35,707 nt of DNA from a virus (lineage: Duplodnaviria > Caudoviricetes). Made by a program: the position numbers and the translations under genes. The stretch covers positions 1-35,707 of IMG/VR virus record IMGVR_UViG_3300038954_000192; one strand, given 5' to 3'. The notes beneath the pieces are model-generated. The model did not search any database, was not told the origin of the DNA, and saw nothing but the letters and a program-made list of their open reading frames with translations. Below are positions 1-7,602 of the stretch, in pieces (within the stretch, counting starts at the first letter, position 1; each line of letters opens with the position of its first letter).

Positions 1-1
1 A

Positions 2-700
2 ATTGAAGAAATTGAACAAAATGCTCTAACACATTTAATTGAACACATGATTAAATATAAGCCATTTATTATTGAGCGTAGAAAAATAATTCATGATGGT
101 GATGAAAAAAGGAAATGGTATAAATTAGGTGATAGGGGTAGATTTATGAATATTAATGATGCTAATGAAAAATTAGAATCATTAAATAAAAATGATGATG
201 AATATCATTATAGATTATTTTGTTCAAAAGCATATAGTTACTGTCAAACAATAGTTCGTAATTATTTTATTGATCATAGTAAAAAAAGTTATGGTGATAA
301 AAAAATTAATTTATCATATGATGATTATTTAGAAGAAATTAATCAAAAAACTGAATATCAATATGAAATAGAAGGCAAAGATCATTATTTATTAGATAAA
401 TTAATAAATGATGTTGTAGTGAATATTGAACAAATGATTATTAATACACAAGGAATGAAAAAAAATGAAATAATTGTGGGTGAAGCAGTAATTAATGTAT
501 TAAAAAATTGGGAATATCTTTTTTTAGAAGATAGTCCAAGTGGAAAATATAATAAAAAAGTGACAAATAAATTTGCGAAAAATAAAATATTATTATACTT
601 AAAAGAACAAACGGGATTATCAACTAAAGAAATTAGAACTGCATTAAAACCATTTAAAGAATTATATTTTCTTGAAAAAATTAAATACATGGATGAATAA
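2..700 (+). CDS. Phage-encoded sigma factor (gp55-like / sigma70 region 2), 5'-truncated by the window edge
   Basis: The frame is open from position 2 (IEEIEQNALTHLIEHMIKYKPF...). KAYSYCQTIVRNYF resembles region 2.3-2.4 of phage late sigma factors. The C-terminal LYLKEQTGLSTKEIRTAL looks like a helix-turn-helix. Confidence 0.7.
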   Translation: MEEIEQNALTHLIEHMIKYKPFIIERRKIIHDGDEKRKWYKLGDRGRFMNINDANEKLESLNKNDDEYHYRLFCSKAYSYCQTIVRNYFIDHSKKSYGDKKINLSYDDYLEEINQKTEYQYEIEGKDHYLLDKLINDVVVNIEQMIINTQGMKKNEIIVGEAVINVLKNWEYLFLEDSPSGKYNKKVTNKFAKNKILLYLKEQTGLSTKEIRTALKPFKELYFLEKIKYMDE

Positions 701-712
701 TTTATGTCAAAT

Positions 713-721
713 GTATTTATT
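713..721 (+). promoter_or_regulatory. Putative late promoter GTATTTATT
   Basis: One of about 13 copies of (G/C)TATTTAT(A/T), here 17 nt upstream of the ATG at 739. Confidence 0.65.
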
Positions 722-738
722 ATAAAATAAATATTATT

Positions 739-1104
739 ATGGCACGACCAAAAAGAAAAAAAATAAAATTTAATGAAGAAAGTGTTAATGATCTTCTTCA
801 GGAAATTTATAATGAAAGCCACAATATTAAGGCAAAAATTACTCGTTTATTTACAAAATGGGAAAAAAATGCTAAAGAAGGTGGTGAAATAGCAGCAATT
901 GGTGATCAAATTGTTAAATTAATTAGTGCTGAAGCTAAAAATCAAGATCAAAAGATTATGCTTCTTAAATATTTAAAAGAAGTTGTTTTTAATAAAGATA
1001 ATAGTAACAATTCTAAAGAAAATGAAAAAGAAGTTTCTACTGAGGATAGAAACCAATTAATTGAAATGGTTCATCAACATACAATAAAAAATGACAAAAA
1101 ATAA
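739..1104 (+). CDS. Hypothetical helical protein (terminase small subunit-like is possible but unproven)
   Basis: 121-aa ORF with a basic N-terminus (MARPKRKK), coiled-coil character and a late motif upstream. Confidence 0.6.
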   Translation: MARPKRKKIKFNEESVNDLLQEIYNESHNIKAKITRLFTKWEKNAKEGGEIAAIGDQIVKLISAEAKNQDQKIMLLKYLKEVVFNKDNSNNSKENEKEVSTEDRNQLIEMVHQHTIKNDKK

Positions 1105-1113
1105 TGATTGATA

Positions 1114-2430
1114 ATGAGTTTAGCTGACGATAAAAAAAATGTATTTAATACAATTGGCGCATATACTTCAATGAATGAAGAACCTGATTTGCCCGAAACA
1201 AATAATACATTAGATTCAGTTAATAATAAAAATGATGTTGGTAGTTTTTTAATTGATGTATTGGGTGTTACAGTTGGTACAACAGCACTTCAGAATTTAA
1301 CTGGTGAACTTTTTACTAATTTTGCTGAATCTGCTGAACCCAAATTAAAAGCAGCAACAAAAAAACAATTAACAAATTATAATTCTGGTGATCCATTACC
1401 AGAAAGTTTTAAAAATGGTACTTCTGTTTCAGCTAAAGATATTGATGTATCTGGAAAATTAAAAACTAGTCCAAATTCAGCAAGTGGTAAATTATTATAT
1501 GATAATAATAAACCGAATTTTGATCAAAAAGCTCGTGAAGCTATAACAAATGAAGGTACTGATGTACAATACAATAATGTATTAATTAATTATGATTCTA
1601 ATTCTGATTCTTTTAATTTTAAACCAAGTAGTGGTTCTGAAAATCAAAATATTGGTGATTTTATGAATGGTTTTGTTGATAATACAGAATTTATAAATAA
1701 AAAAGAATTTACCACAAAAACATTAGATAATGTATTTGGTAGTGCAACATCAAATCAAGATAAATCAATTGAAGAATTAACTGAAGAAGAGGAATTAAAT
1801 AGGTTAATACAACAAATAATTGATGGTGATGAAACGTTTGTTATACCTGAAGATGAATTTCAAAAAATATTAAAAAAGGCACAAGAATTAAAAAATGGTA
1901 TTGTAAATTATGATATGGGTTGTGGTTTAGTACAAACTAAATTACCAATTGAAGATTTCGATAATTTAATTTCAAATATATCAGGTTCTTCAGACCCTAA
2001 TGATGTTGGTAATAAAATAAGTGATGCACTTGACAAAAGTTTTGATCAAACTAACAATGAAAATGTTGGTGCTGAAAATAAAGAAACTGTAAAAAACGGT
2101 TTCTTTGCTAGAATTATTGATTTCATTAAACTCCAATTAGGTAAGTTACTAGCATTTTCGCCACAAAGTAGAATGTTATTAGCACTTTCTAGTTCATTTC
2201 AAAATGGTGGAATACCACAAATTGGTAACCCTAAAAAAGATTTAGAAAGATTTAAAACATACATAAAATGTTTAATTAAAGAAGCATTATCATTATTATA
2301 TGAATTTATTTTTAATTTAATAGTTGCTTTTTTAGTTAAATTAATAACACCAATAATTAAAGATATAATACAAGAAAAAATAAATCAATTTATTAACATA
2401 ATTAAAAGTTTAATTAGTTCAAAAATATGA
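1114..2430 (+). CDS. Putative virion/baseplate-associated protein with a hydrophobic amphipathic C-terminus
   Basis: ~438-aa ORF in the operon leading to the gp5-like spike, ending LSLLYEFIFNLIVAFLVKLITPII. Start at ATG 1114 preferred over 1108. Confidence 0.6.
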   Translation: MSLADDKKNVFNTIGAYTSMNEEPDLPETNNTLDSVNNKNDVGSFLIDVLGVTVGTTALQNLTGELFTNFAESAEPKLKAATKKQLTNYNSGDPLPESFKNGTSVSAKDIDVSGKLKTSPNSASGKLLYDNNKPNFDQKAREAITNEGTDVQYNNVLINYDSNSDSFNFKPSSGSENQNIGDFMNGFVDNTEFINKKEFTTKTLDNVFGSATSNQDKSIEELTEEEELNRLIQQIIDGDETFVIPEDEFQKILKKAQELKNGIVNYDMGCGLVQTKLPIEDFDNLISNISGSSDPNDVGNKISDALDKSFDQTNNENVGAENKETVKNGFFARIIDFIKLQLGKLLAFSPQSRMLLALSSSFQNGGIPQIGNPKKDLERFKTYIKCLIKEALSLLYEFIFNLIVAFLVKLITPIIKDIIQEKINQFINIIKSLISSKI

Positions 2431-2609
2431 TAACAGATCAAAAAGTAAATAAAAATATTGTAGGTGCATATTTAATTGATGGAAAATTAGATGGTACACA
2501 ATTAGCAACAACGAAAAAACCAAATTTGTTTAGAAAAATATTTATTTTTTTATTTTTGGGATGGAAATGGGTTTCATTAAAAAAATTAAAAAAAAAGAAT
2601 AATAATTAA
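2427..2609 (+). CDS. Small hypothetical protein
   Basis: 60 aa; ATGA overlap with the upstream stop and TAATG overlap with the next gene (translational coupling). Confidence 0.6.
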   Translation: MITDQKVNKNIVGAYLIDGKLDGTQLATTKKPNLFRKIFIFLFLGWKWVSLKKLKKKNNN

Positions 2610-3016
2610 TGGCAATTGATTACACAAATATTGATTCAGTAATTCAAGGCTTTGATAAAGTGTTAAATTTATCAAGCATTGGTGGTCCACCAGCAATACC
2701 CACACCACTTATTTTAGTTGGTGTGCCACGTAGAGTTGGATTATCACCAACTAAAATTGCATCAAAAATTATTGCCAGAAAATCAGAAGCTGGTTTACCT
2801 GTTGGTGCATTACCTTCTGGTAGTGTAAACCCTGATGAAATAATGGAAAGAATTAGAATTGAAGAAATTATAAATGCATTACAACAAGATGCTGTTATTA
2901 CTGTTGGTTTACCACCGGGAATGACAGTTCAAGCAAGTGGTATTGGTCCAAGTGGACCTGTTACTGTTGTAGGTTCATCAATATTACCATTTAAAGGATA
3001 TGGAGTAATACAATAA
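2609..3016 (+). CDS. Pro/Gly-rich putative baseplate/spike-associated structural protein
   Basis: 135 aa with a Gly/Pro/Val-rich beta-type C-terminus (TVQASGIGPSGPVTVVG), located just upstream of the gp5-like spike. Confidence 0.55.
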   Translation: MAIDYTNIDSVIQGFDKVLNLSSIGGPPAIPTPLILVGVPRRVGLSPTKIASKIIARKSEAGLPVGALPSGSVNPDEIMERIRIEEIINALQQDAVITVGLPPGMTVQASGIGPSGPVTVVGSSILPFKGYGVIQ

Positions 3017-3019
3017 TAT

Positions 3020-3229
3020 ATGGAAGATTATAGTAAATATACACCAACTGATTTATTAAAAATTGCAAATGATATTAAATCAGAACATGAAAAAATAAAA
3101 AAAATTATTATTGATGATACATATGAAGCTGATAATTTAAAAGAAAAAATTAATGAAAATCTTTTAAAATTAGAAGAACTTGAAAAAAAATATGTTAATA
3201 TAGTTGAAGAAATTGATAAAAGACAATAA
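3020..3229 (+). CDS. Small coiled-coil hypothetical protein
   Basis: 69 aa, heptad-like charged sequence, tightly packed in the operon. Confidence 0.6.
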   Translation: MEDYSKYTPTDLLKIANDIKSEHEKIKKIIIDDTYEADNLKEKINENLLKLEELEKKYVNIVEEIDKRQ

Positions 3230-3231
3230 AT

Positions 3232-4125
3232 ATGTCATTAAATAAGAAATATTTACAAACAAGTAAATTATATGAGAAAACTACTAATGATGTTACTAAT
3301 ACTCGTAACATTTATTATGGTGAAGTTTTATCAATTGATGATCCAACAGATGGTGGTAGAATTAAAGTAAAAATATTAGGTTTTGATAATAAAATAACTG
3401 ATGTAAATGATTTACCATATTGTTATCCGTTATTACCTAAATTTTTTCATGTATTTCCTAAAGTTGGTGAAATGGTTAGAATTTTTATTGAAGACATTAA
3501 ATACCCACAAAGAAGTAGATTTTGGATGGGTAGTATCATTTCACAACCACATAAAGTTGAATATGATTCAATATATACAGCACTTTCAACAACAAATATG
3601 GGTTTAACAGCACCTGAAACAGCACCATCTACATATCCTGATGCTCAAGGTGTATTTCCCAAAAAAGATGAAATTGGTATTGTTGGTCGAATAAATACTG
3701 ATATAATTTTAAGAGATAATCAACTTGAATTTCGTGCTGGTAAACATGAAAATGATAATCCTCTTAAATTAAACATTGAAAATCCAGCAGCTATTAGTTT
3801 ATCATTTGACCAAAAAGAAGATGAAGATGAATATTATAGTAATACTGTTGTATTAAGTGATAAAATAGCATTAGTATCACATTCTGGAAATCCAAAATTT
3901 AAAGCAGCACGATTAAATGCTGAAGATCGTGGTCGAATTTTTGATGATGGACATCCTATAGCAAGAGCAGATGTTTTAGTTGAAGCATTAAATATATTTA
4001 GAGAAGCAATTATTGCTCATATTCATGGATATTCTGGTATTCCTGCCGATAAAAATTCAATTATTAATGATTTAGAAAATATTAATCTTGAAAATATTGT
4101 TCAAAATAATATTGTGATTAATTAA
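3232..4125 (+). CDS. Baseplate central spike, gp5/gpV/VgrG-type OB-fold
   Basis: N-terminal YYGEVLSIDDPTDGGRIKVKILG...PLLP...PKVGEMVRIF...FWMGSI matches the gp5 OB-fold pattern. The C-terminal HIH resembles the metal-binding HxH tip of P2 gpV-type spikes. Confidence 0.8.
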   Translation: MSLNKKYLQTSKLYEKTTNDVTNTRNIYYGEVLSIDDPTDGGRIKVKILGFDNKITDVNDLPYCYPLLPKFFHVFPKVGEMVRIFIEDIKYPQRSRFWMGSIISQPHKVEYDSIYTALSTTNMGLTAPETAPSTYPDAQGVFPKKDEIGIVGRINTDIILRDNQLEFRAGKHENDNPLKLNIENPAAISLSFDQKEDEDEYYSNTVVLSDKIALVSHSGNPKFKAARLNAEDRGRIFDDGHPIARADVLVEALNIFREAIIAHIHGYSGIPADKNSIINDLENINLENIVQNNIVIN

Positions 4126-4132
4126 AATTTAT

Positions 4133-4140
4133 TATTTTTG
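4133..4140 (+). promoter_or_regulatory. Bacteroidota sigma70-type -7 element TAnnTTTG (TATTTTTG)
   Basis: Matches TAnnTTTG, with TTG at 4112-4114 upstream; ends 4 nt before the ATG at 4145. Confidence 0.5.
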
Positions 4141-4144
4141 CTAT

Positions 4145-4924
4145 ATGAATAATATACCATTTGAAATTTTTCAAAATTTTAATGAAATAAAATATTATGA
4201 TGAACCTCATAAATATTTTTTAGGAATTGATGAATATATTTCAGTTACGACCTTAATTCACAAATATCAGGAAGAATTTGACGAAAATTATTGGTCAAAT
4301 TATAAAGCAAATGAATTTAATGTACCACAATGGAAAATAAAAAGAGCATGGGATTTTATTAATAAAAAAGGTACATTGAAAGGATCAATAATACATGATT
4401 ATGCTGAGAATGCATTATTAAATAAAGTTTTTGAATATCCACAACAAGAAATTTATAATGAATTTGGGTTTGATCCAATATATCCTGAATATTTAATTAC
4501 AAAAAAACATGTTGATAATTTTTTACGATTGTCAAAAAATAAATTAATTCCAATTAAAACAGAACTTGTTGTATATGATAAAGAATCAAAAATTGCTGGA
4601 ATGGTTGATCTTCTTTTTTATAATGTAAAAGAAAATGAATTACAAATATATGATTGGAAAACAAATAAAGCATTTTATAAAAACAATCCTCATCAAAATT
4701 TATTAGGAAACCTTAATATGCTAGAAGATTGTGATTTAGAATTGTATTCACTTCAAATGGAAATGTATAAATATATAATTGAAAAAAACACATCATTAAA
4801 ATTAGGTAAATCATATTTAATTTGGGTATCACATAATAATAATAACTTTGAAATAATCGAAGGACAAAATAGAAGATTTTTTATTGAACAAATCATTAAA
4901 GAAAGAAAAAAGTCACTCAAATAA
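4145..4924 (+). CDS. PD-(D/E)XK exonuclease (RecB/Cas4-like superfamily)
   Basis: Motifs DEPHKY, SVTTLI, GSIIH, TELVVYD, AGMVDLLF, IYDWKT, YSLQMEMY. Confidence 0.85.
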   Translation: MNNIPFEIFQNFNEIKYYDEPHKYFLGIDEYISVTTLIHKYQEEFDENYWSNYKANEFNVPQWKIKRAWDFINKKGTLKGSIIHDYAENALLNKVFEYPQQEIYNEFGFDPIYPEYLITKKHVDNFLRLSKNKLIPIKTELVVYDKESKIAGMVDLLFYNVKENELQIYDWKTNKAFYKNNPHQNLLGNLNMLEDCDLELYSLQMEMYKYIIEKNTSLKLGKSYLIWVSHNNNNFEIIEGQNRRFFIEQIIKERKKSLK

Positions 4925-4936
4925 TTGAGTGACTTT
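4909..4936. terminator. Bidirectional intrinsic terminator
   Basis: 12-bp inverted repeat AAAGTCACTCAA-ATAA-TTGAGTGACTTT between the convergent nuclease and tail tube genes. Confidence 0.8.
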
Positions 4937-4977
4937 AAATAGTTGTCCCTAGGAGAATAAGAACAAAAAAATATAAA

Positions 4978-5466
4978 TTATAAATTGAGAATACATCTCC
5001 AAGGCTGTATTGTCAATGTAATATTTGTTAAATCATCAGTAGTATAATCATTATCACCAAAGTCAATATTTGTAATCATTGCTTGTTCAATAAACCATTT
5101 TTCAACTTCAATTCCAGTTGGGTCTAATGCTTTTAATAAAATATTTTTCTTATATCCAGCAGCATACCCCATTCTACCAGTAAGAGATTCTGCATGTAAT
5201 CGAACCCATTCCATTAATTGTTGAGATGTTGAAGGACCTATTGGATCAAGAAATGTAATATCCATTGTATCCCAAGTATATCTACCAGCAACATAATTTT
5301 GTTGGTTGACAAATGGAATCTCAATTGAATTTATTTTCATTGTTGGTCTTTTAAATTTTTGTACCTTCCAAACTTCAATACCTAATTCATCTGAAAATTC
5401 TGCGAAGAATCTATTAGTTCGTTTCGGTTCATATTCAAAAGGTATTCCTCTAATTAGTTCTGCCAT
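4978..5466 (-). CDS. gp19: Tail tube protein (T4 gp19-like)
   Basis: 162 aa with EPKRTNRF, IEIPFVN..YVAGRYTWDTMDITFLDPI, EWVRLHAESLTGRMGYAAGYKKNI, LDPTGIEVEKW; lies downstream of the sheath gene on the same strand. Confidence 0.9.
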   Translation of the reverse strand: MAELIRGIPFEYEPKRTNRFFAEFSDELGIEVWKVQKFKRPTMKINSIEIPFVNQQNYVAGRYTWDTMDITFLDPIGPSTSQQLMEWVRLHAESLTGRMGYAAGYKKNILLKALDPTGIEVEKWFIEQAMITNIDFGDNDYTTDDLTNITLTIQPWRCILNL

Positions 5467-5501
5467 ATTTATATGTTATTTATTATTGTCATTTATTTTA
5501 T

Positions 5502-5510
5502 TATAAATAC
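5502..5510 (-). promoter_or_regulatory. Putative late promoter GTATTTATA (tail tube)
   Basis: + strand TATAAATAC reads GTATTTATA on the coding strand, 35 nt upstream of the start. Confidence 0.7.
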
Positions 5511-5535
5511 TTATTATATTAAAATATAATAAATT

Positions 5536-5808
5536 TTATTTTGGAAATATACCAGTACGTTGATATTTCCTTAATTCATCTTTACTTAAATCATTAATTG
5601 TTTTTTCTTTTGGCTTTTCTTCTTTTTTTATATTTTTTTCTTTTGGTTTTTCTTCTTTTTTTATATTTTCATCTTCATTAACATTATCAGAAGTTATTAA
5701 AAAATTATTGTCATCAATTGGATTTTCAATAATTTCTTCGTTTTTTGAATTTTCTTCATTAGTGTTATAATTTTGGTTAAGAATATTTTCTTTCTTTTTT
5801 TTCGCCAT
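5536..5808 (-). CDS. Small charged low-complexity protein
   Basis: 90 aa with its own late motif, a duplicated NIKKEEKPKEK and a structured-looking C-terminus (INDLSKDELRKYQRTGIFPK). Confidence 0.65.
   Translation of the reverse strand: MAKKKKENILNQNYNTNEENSKNEEIIENPIDDNNFLITSDNVNEDENIKKEEKPKEKNIKKEEKPKEKTINDLSKDELRKYQRTGIFPK
5603..5668. repeat. 33-bp tandem duplication (2 copies) encoding NIKKEEKPKEK
   Basis: Two near-identical adjacent copies differing at one synonymous position. Confidence 0.75.
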
Positions 5809-5841
5809 AATATTGAATTTTAATTAATTTTATTATTTTTT

Positions 5842-5850
5842 TATAAATAC
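5842..5850 (-). promoter_or_regulatory. Putative late promoter GTATTTATA
   Basis: Upstream of the 90-aa ORF on its coding strand. Confidence 0.65.
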
Positions 5851-5872
5851 TTATTTTTTTTATTTTTTTCAT

Positions 5873-5888
5873 TACATTTGTATTTATA
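5873..5888 (+). promoter_or_regulatory. Composite promoter: TACATTTG (Bacteroidota -7) overlapping GTATTTATA (late)
   Basis: TACATTTGTATTTATA, where the two elements share G5880; 30 nt upstream of the ATG at 5919. Confidence 0.55.
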
Positions 5889-5918
5889 ATTAATTGGTTT
5901 TAATTAAATTTCGGTAAT

Positions 5919-7556
5919 ATGGCAACAAAAGTAAAATTGATATGTGAAAATTGTGGTAGTGAATTTGAAGTAAGAAAGGGCAAAGAAAAGAAAACTTGTT
6001 CTTCTGAATGTAGATGGATGTTAAGAAAAAAACAAGATTTAAAATATTATATTACTAAACCATGTGAAAATTGTGGTAATGAGTTTATATCTAAAATTAA
6101 AGAAAATAAAAAATATTGTTCATACCAATGCTCAGCAAATGCAAAACATAAAAAAGCAGTTGAAAAAAGAATTTGTTTAGAATGTGGTAATGAATTTGAA
6201 GAACGAAAAAAACATAAACGTAAGTTTTGTTCTGAAAAATGTAGAAAAAAATGGAATAATAAACCAGAAAATAAAAAAAGACGAATTAATAAAAGTAAAA
6301 AGGTATTAGAAGAAAAATATGGTGTTGATTCAATTTTTAAATTAGAATCATATCAAAAAGAAATTCAAAAAAATAGAAATAAAAAATATATAAATAATTG
6401 GAATATAATAAATAATAAAGTAAAACAAACAAAAAAACAAAAGTATAATAATGAGAATTATAATAATTATGAAAAAATAAAAAAGACTAAGAAACAAAAA
6501 TATAATAATGAAAATTTTAATAATAGAATAAAGTTTCAAAATACTATAAATAATAAATTATTTGAAAGATTAAATGAAATAAATTATAAATTAATTAAAA
6601 TTAATGATGATAATATATTAACAATAAAACACCCGGATGGACACATATTTGAAATACCTAGATCATTATTAATTTTAAGATTAAATGAAAATAGAGAATT
6701 ATCAATAAAATATTTACCATATTCACCAAATATTTCTAATTATGAATTGGAAATATCAAAATTTTTAGACTATAATAATATTATATATTATAAAAATAGA
6801 AAAGATATTATAAAACCATATGAATTAGATTTTTATTTATCTAAATATCAAATAGCAATAGAATTTAATGGTTTATATTGGCATTCTGAATATTTTAAAG
6901 ATAATAATTACCATTTAAATAAATTAAATTATTGTATTAATAAACATATTCATTTAATACAAATTTTTGAAGATGAATGGGTACATAAAAGAAAAATAAT
7001 TGAATCGATAATACTTAATAAAATCGGTTTAACAAAAAATAAAATTTATGGTAGAAAATGTAATATTATTGAAATTGATAATAAAAAATATAAATCATTT
7101 TTAAATGAAAATCATATTCTTGGTGAAACAAATAGTAGTATAAGAATTGGATTATATTATAATAATGAATTAGTTTCAATAATGGGTTTTAAAAAACATA
7201 AAAATGGATATAATTTAAATAGATTTTCTAATAAAATAAATACCAGTGTTATTGGGGGTGCGGGTAAAATATTAAATTATTTCTTAAAAAAATATAAACC
7301 AAATAAAATTATTACTTTTGCTGATAAAAGATATAGTGATGGTAATTTATATGAAAATTTAGGATTCAATTTTTTAGAAGATATTAAACCTAGTTATTGG
7401 TATTGTGATTATAATAATAAAATGAAATACCATAAATTTAATTTCAGAAAAAAGAAATTAAATATTAAAAATCAAACGGAACATGAAAAAATGTTAGAAA
7501 ATAATTTACCTAGAATATATGATTGTGGGTTAAAAAAATATGAATTAATATTATAA
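5919..7556 (+). CDS. Free-standing putative homing endonuclease (Hef-like): Zn-ribbon repeats + Vsr/DUF559-like nuclease + Mom-like GNAT domain
   Basis: Three CxxCGxEF...CSxxC repeats, KxTKKQKYNNEN repeats, ELDFY..AIEFNGLYWH..LIQIFEDEW nuclease motifs, then NHILG..LNRFS..GGAGKIL..IITFADKRYS..LYENLGF. Inserted antisense between the sheath and tube genes. Confidence 0.8.
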   Translation: MATKVKLICENCGSEFEVRKGKEKKTCSSECRWMLRKKQDLKYYITKPCENCGNEFISKIKENKKYCSYQCSANAKHKKAVEKRICLECGNEFEERKKHKRKFCSEKCRKKWNNKPENKKRRINKSKKVLEEKYGVDSIFKLESYQKEIQKNRNKKYINNWNIINNKVKQTKKQKYNNENYNNYEKIKKTKKQKYNNENFNNRIKFQNTINNKLFERLNEINYKLIKINDDNILTIKHPDGHIFEIPRSLLILRLNENRELSIKYLPYSPNISNYELEISKFLDYNNIIYYKNRKDIIKPYELDFYLSKYQIAIEFNGLYWHSEYFKDNNYHLNKLNYCINKHIHLIQIFEDEWVHKRKIIESIILNKIGLTKNKIYGRKCNIIEIDNKKYKSFLNENHILGETNSSIRIGLYYNNELVSIMGFKKHKNGYNLNRFSNKINTSVIGGAGKILNYFLKKYKPNKIITFADKRYSDGNLYENLGFNFLEDIKPSYWYCDYNNKMKYHKFNFRKKKLNIKNQTEHEKMLENNLPRIYDCGLKKYELIL

Positions 7557-7590
7557 AAAAAAAAGGTGTCGAATTCGACACCTTTTTTTT
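7557..7590. terminator. Bidirectional terminator; perfect 34-bp palindrome
   Basis: A8-GGTGTCGAATTCGACACC-T8 between convergent genes. Confidence 0.85.
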
Positions 7591-7602
7591 ATATGATATA
7601 TT

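Noticed and set aside
4145-4924. Cas4 / CRISPR system
   Set aside because: A PD-(D/E)XK nuclease without the four-Cys Fe-S cluster; no array or other cas genes in the window.
5502-5510. Canonical T4 late promoter TATAAATA read on the + strand
   Set aside because: In that direction it would point antisense into the 3' end of a minus-strand gene; across sites the orientation fits GTATTTAT on the coding strand.
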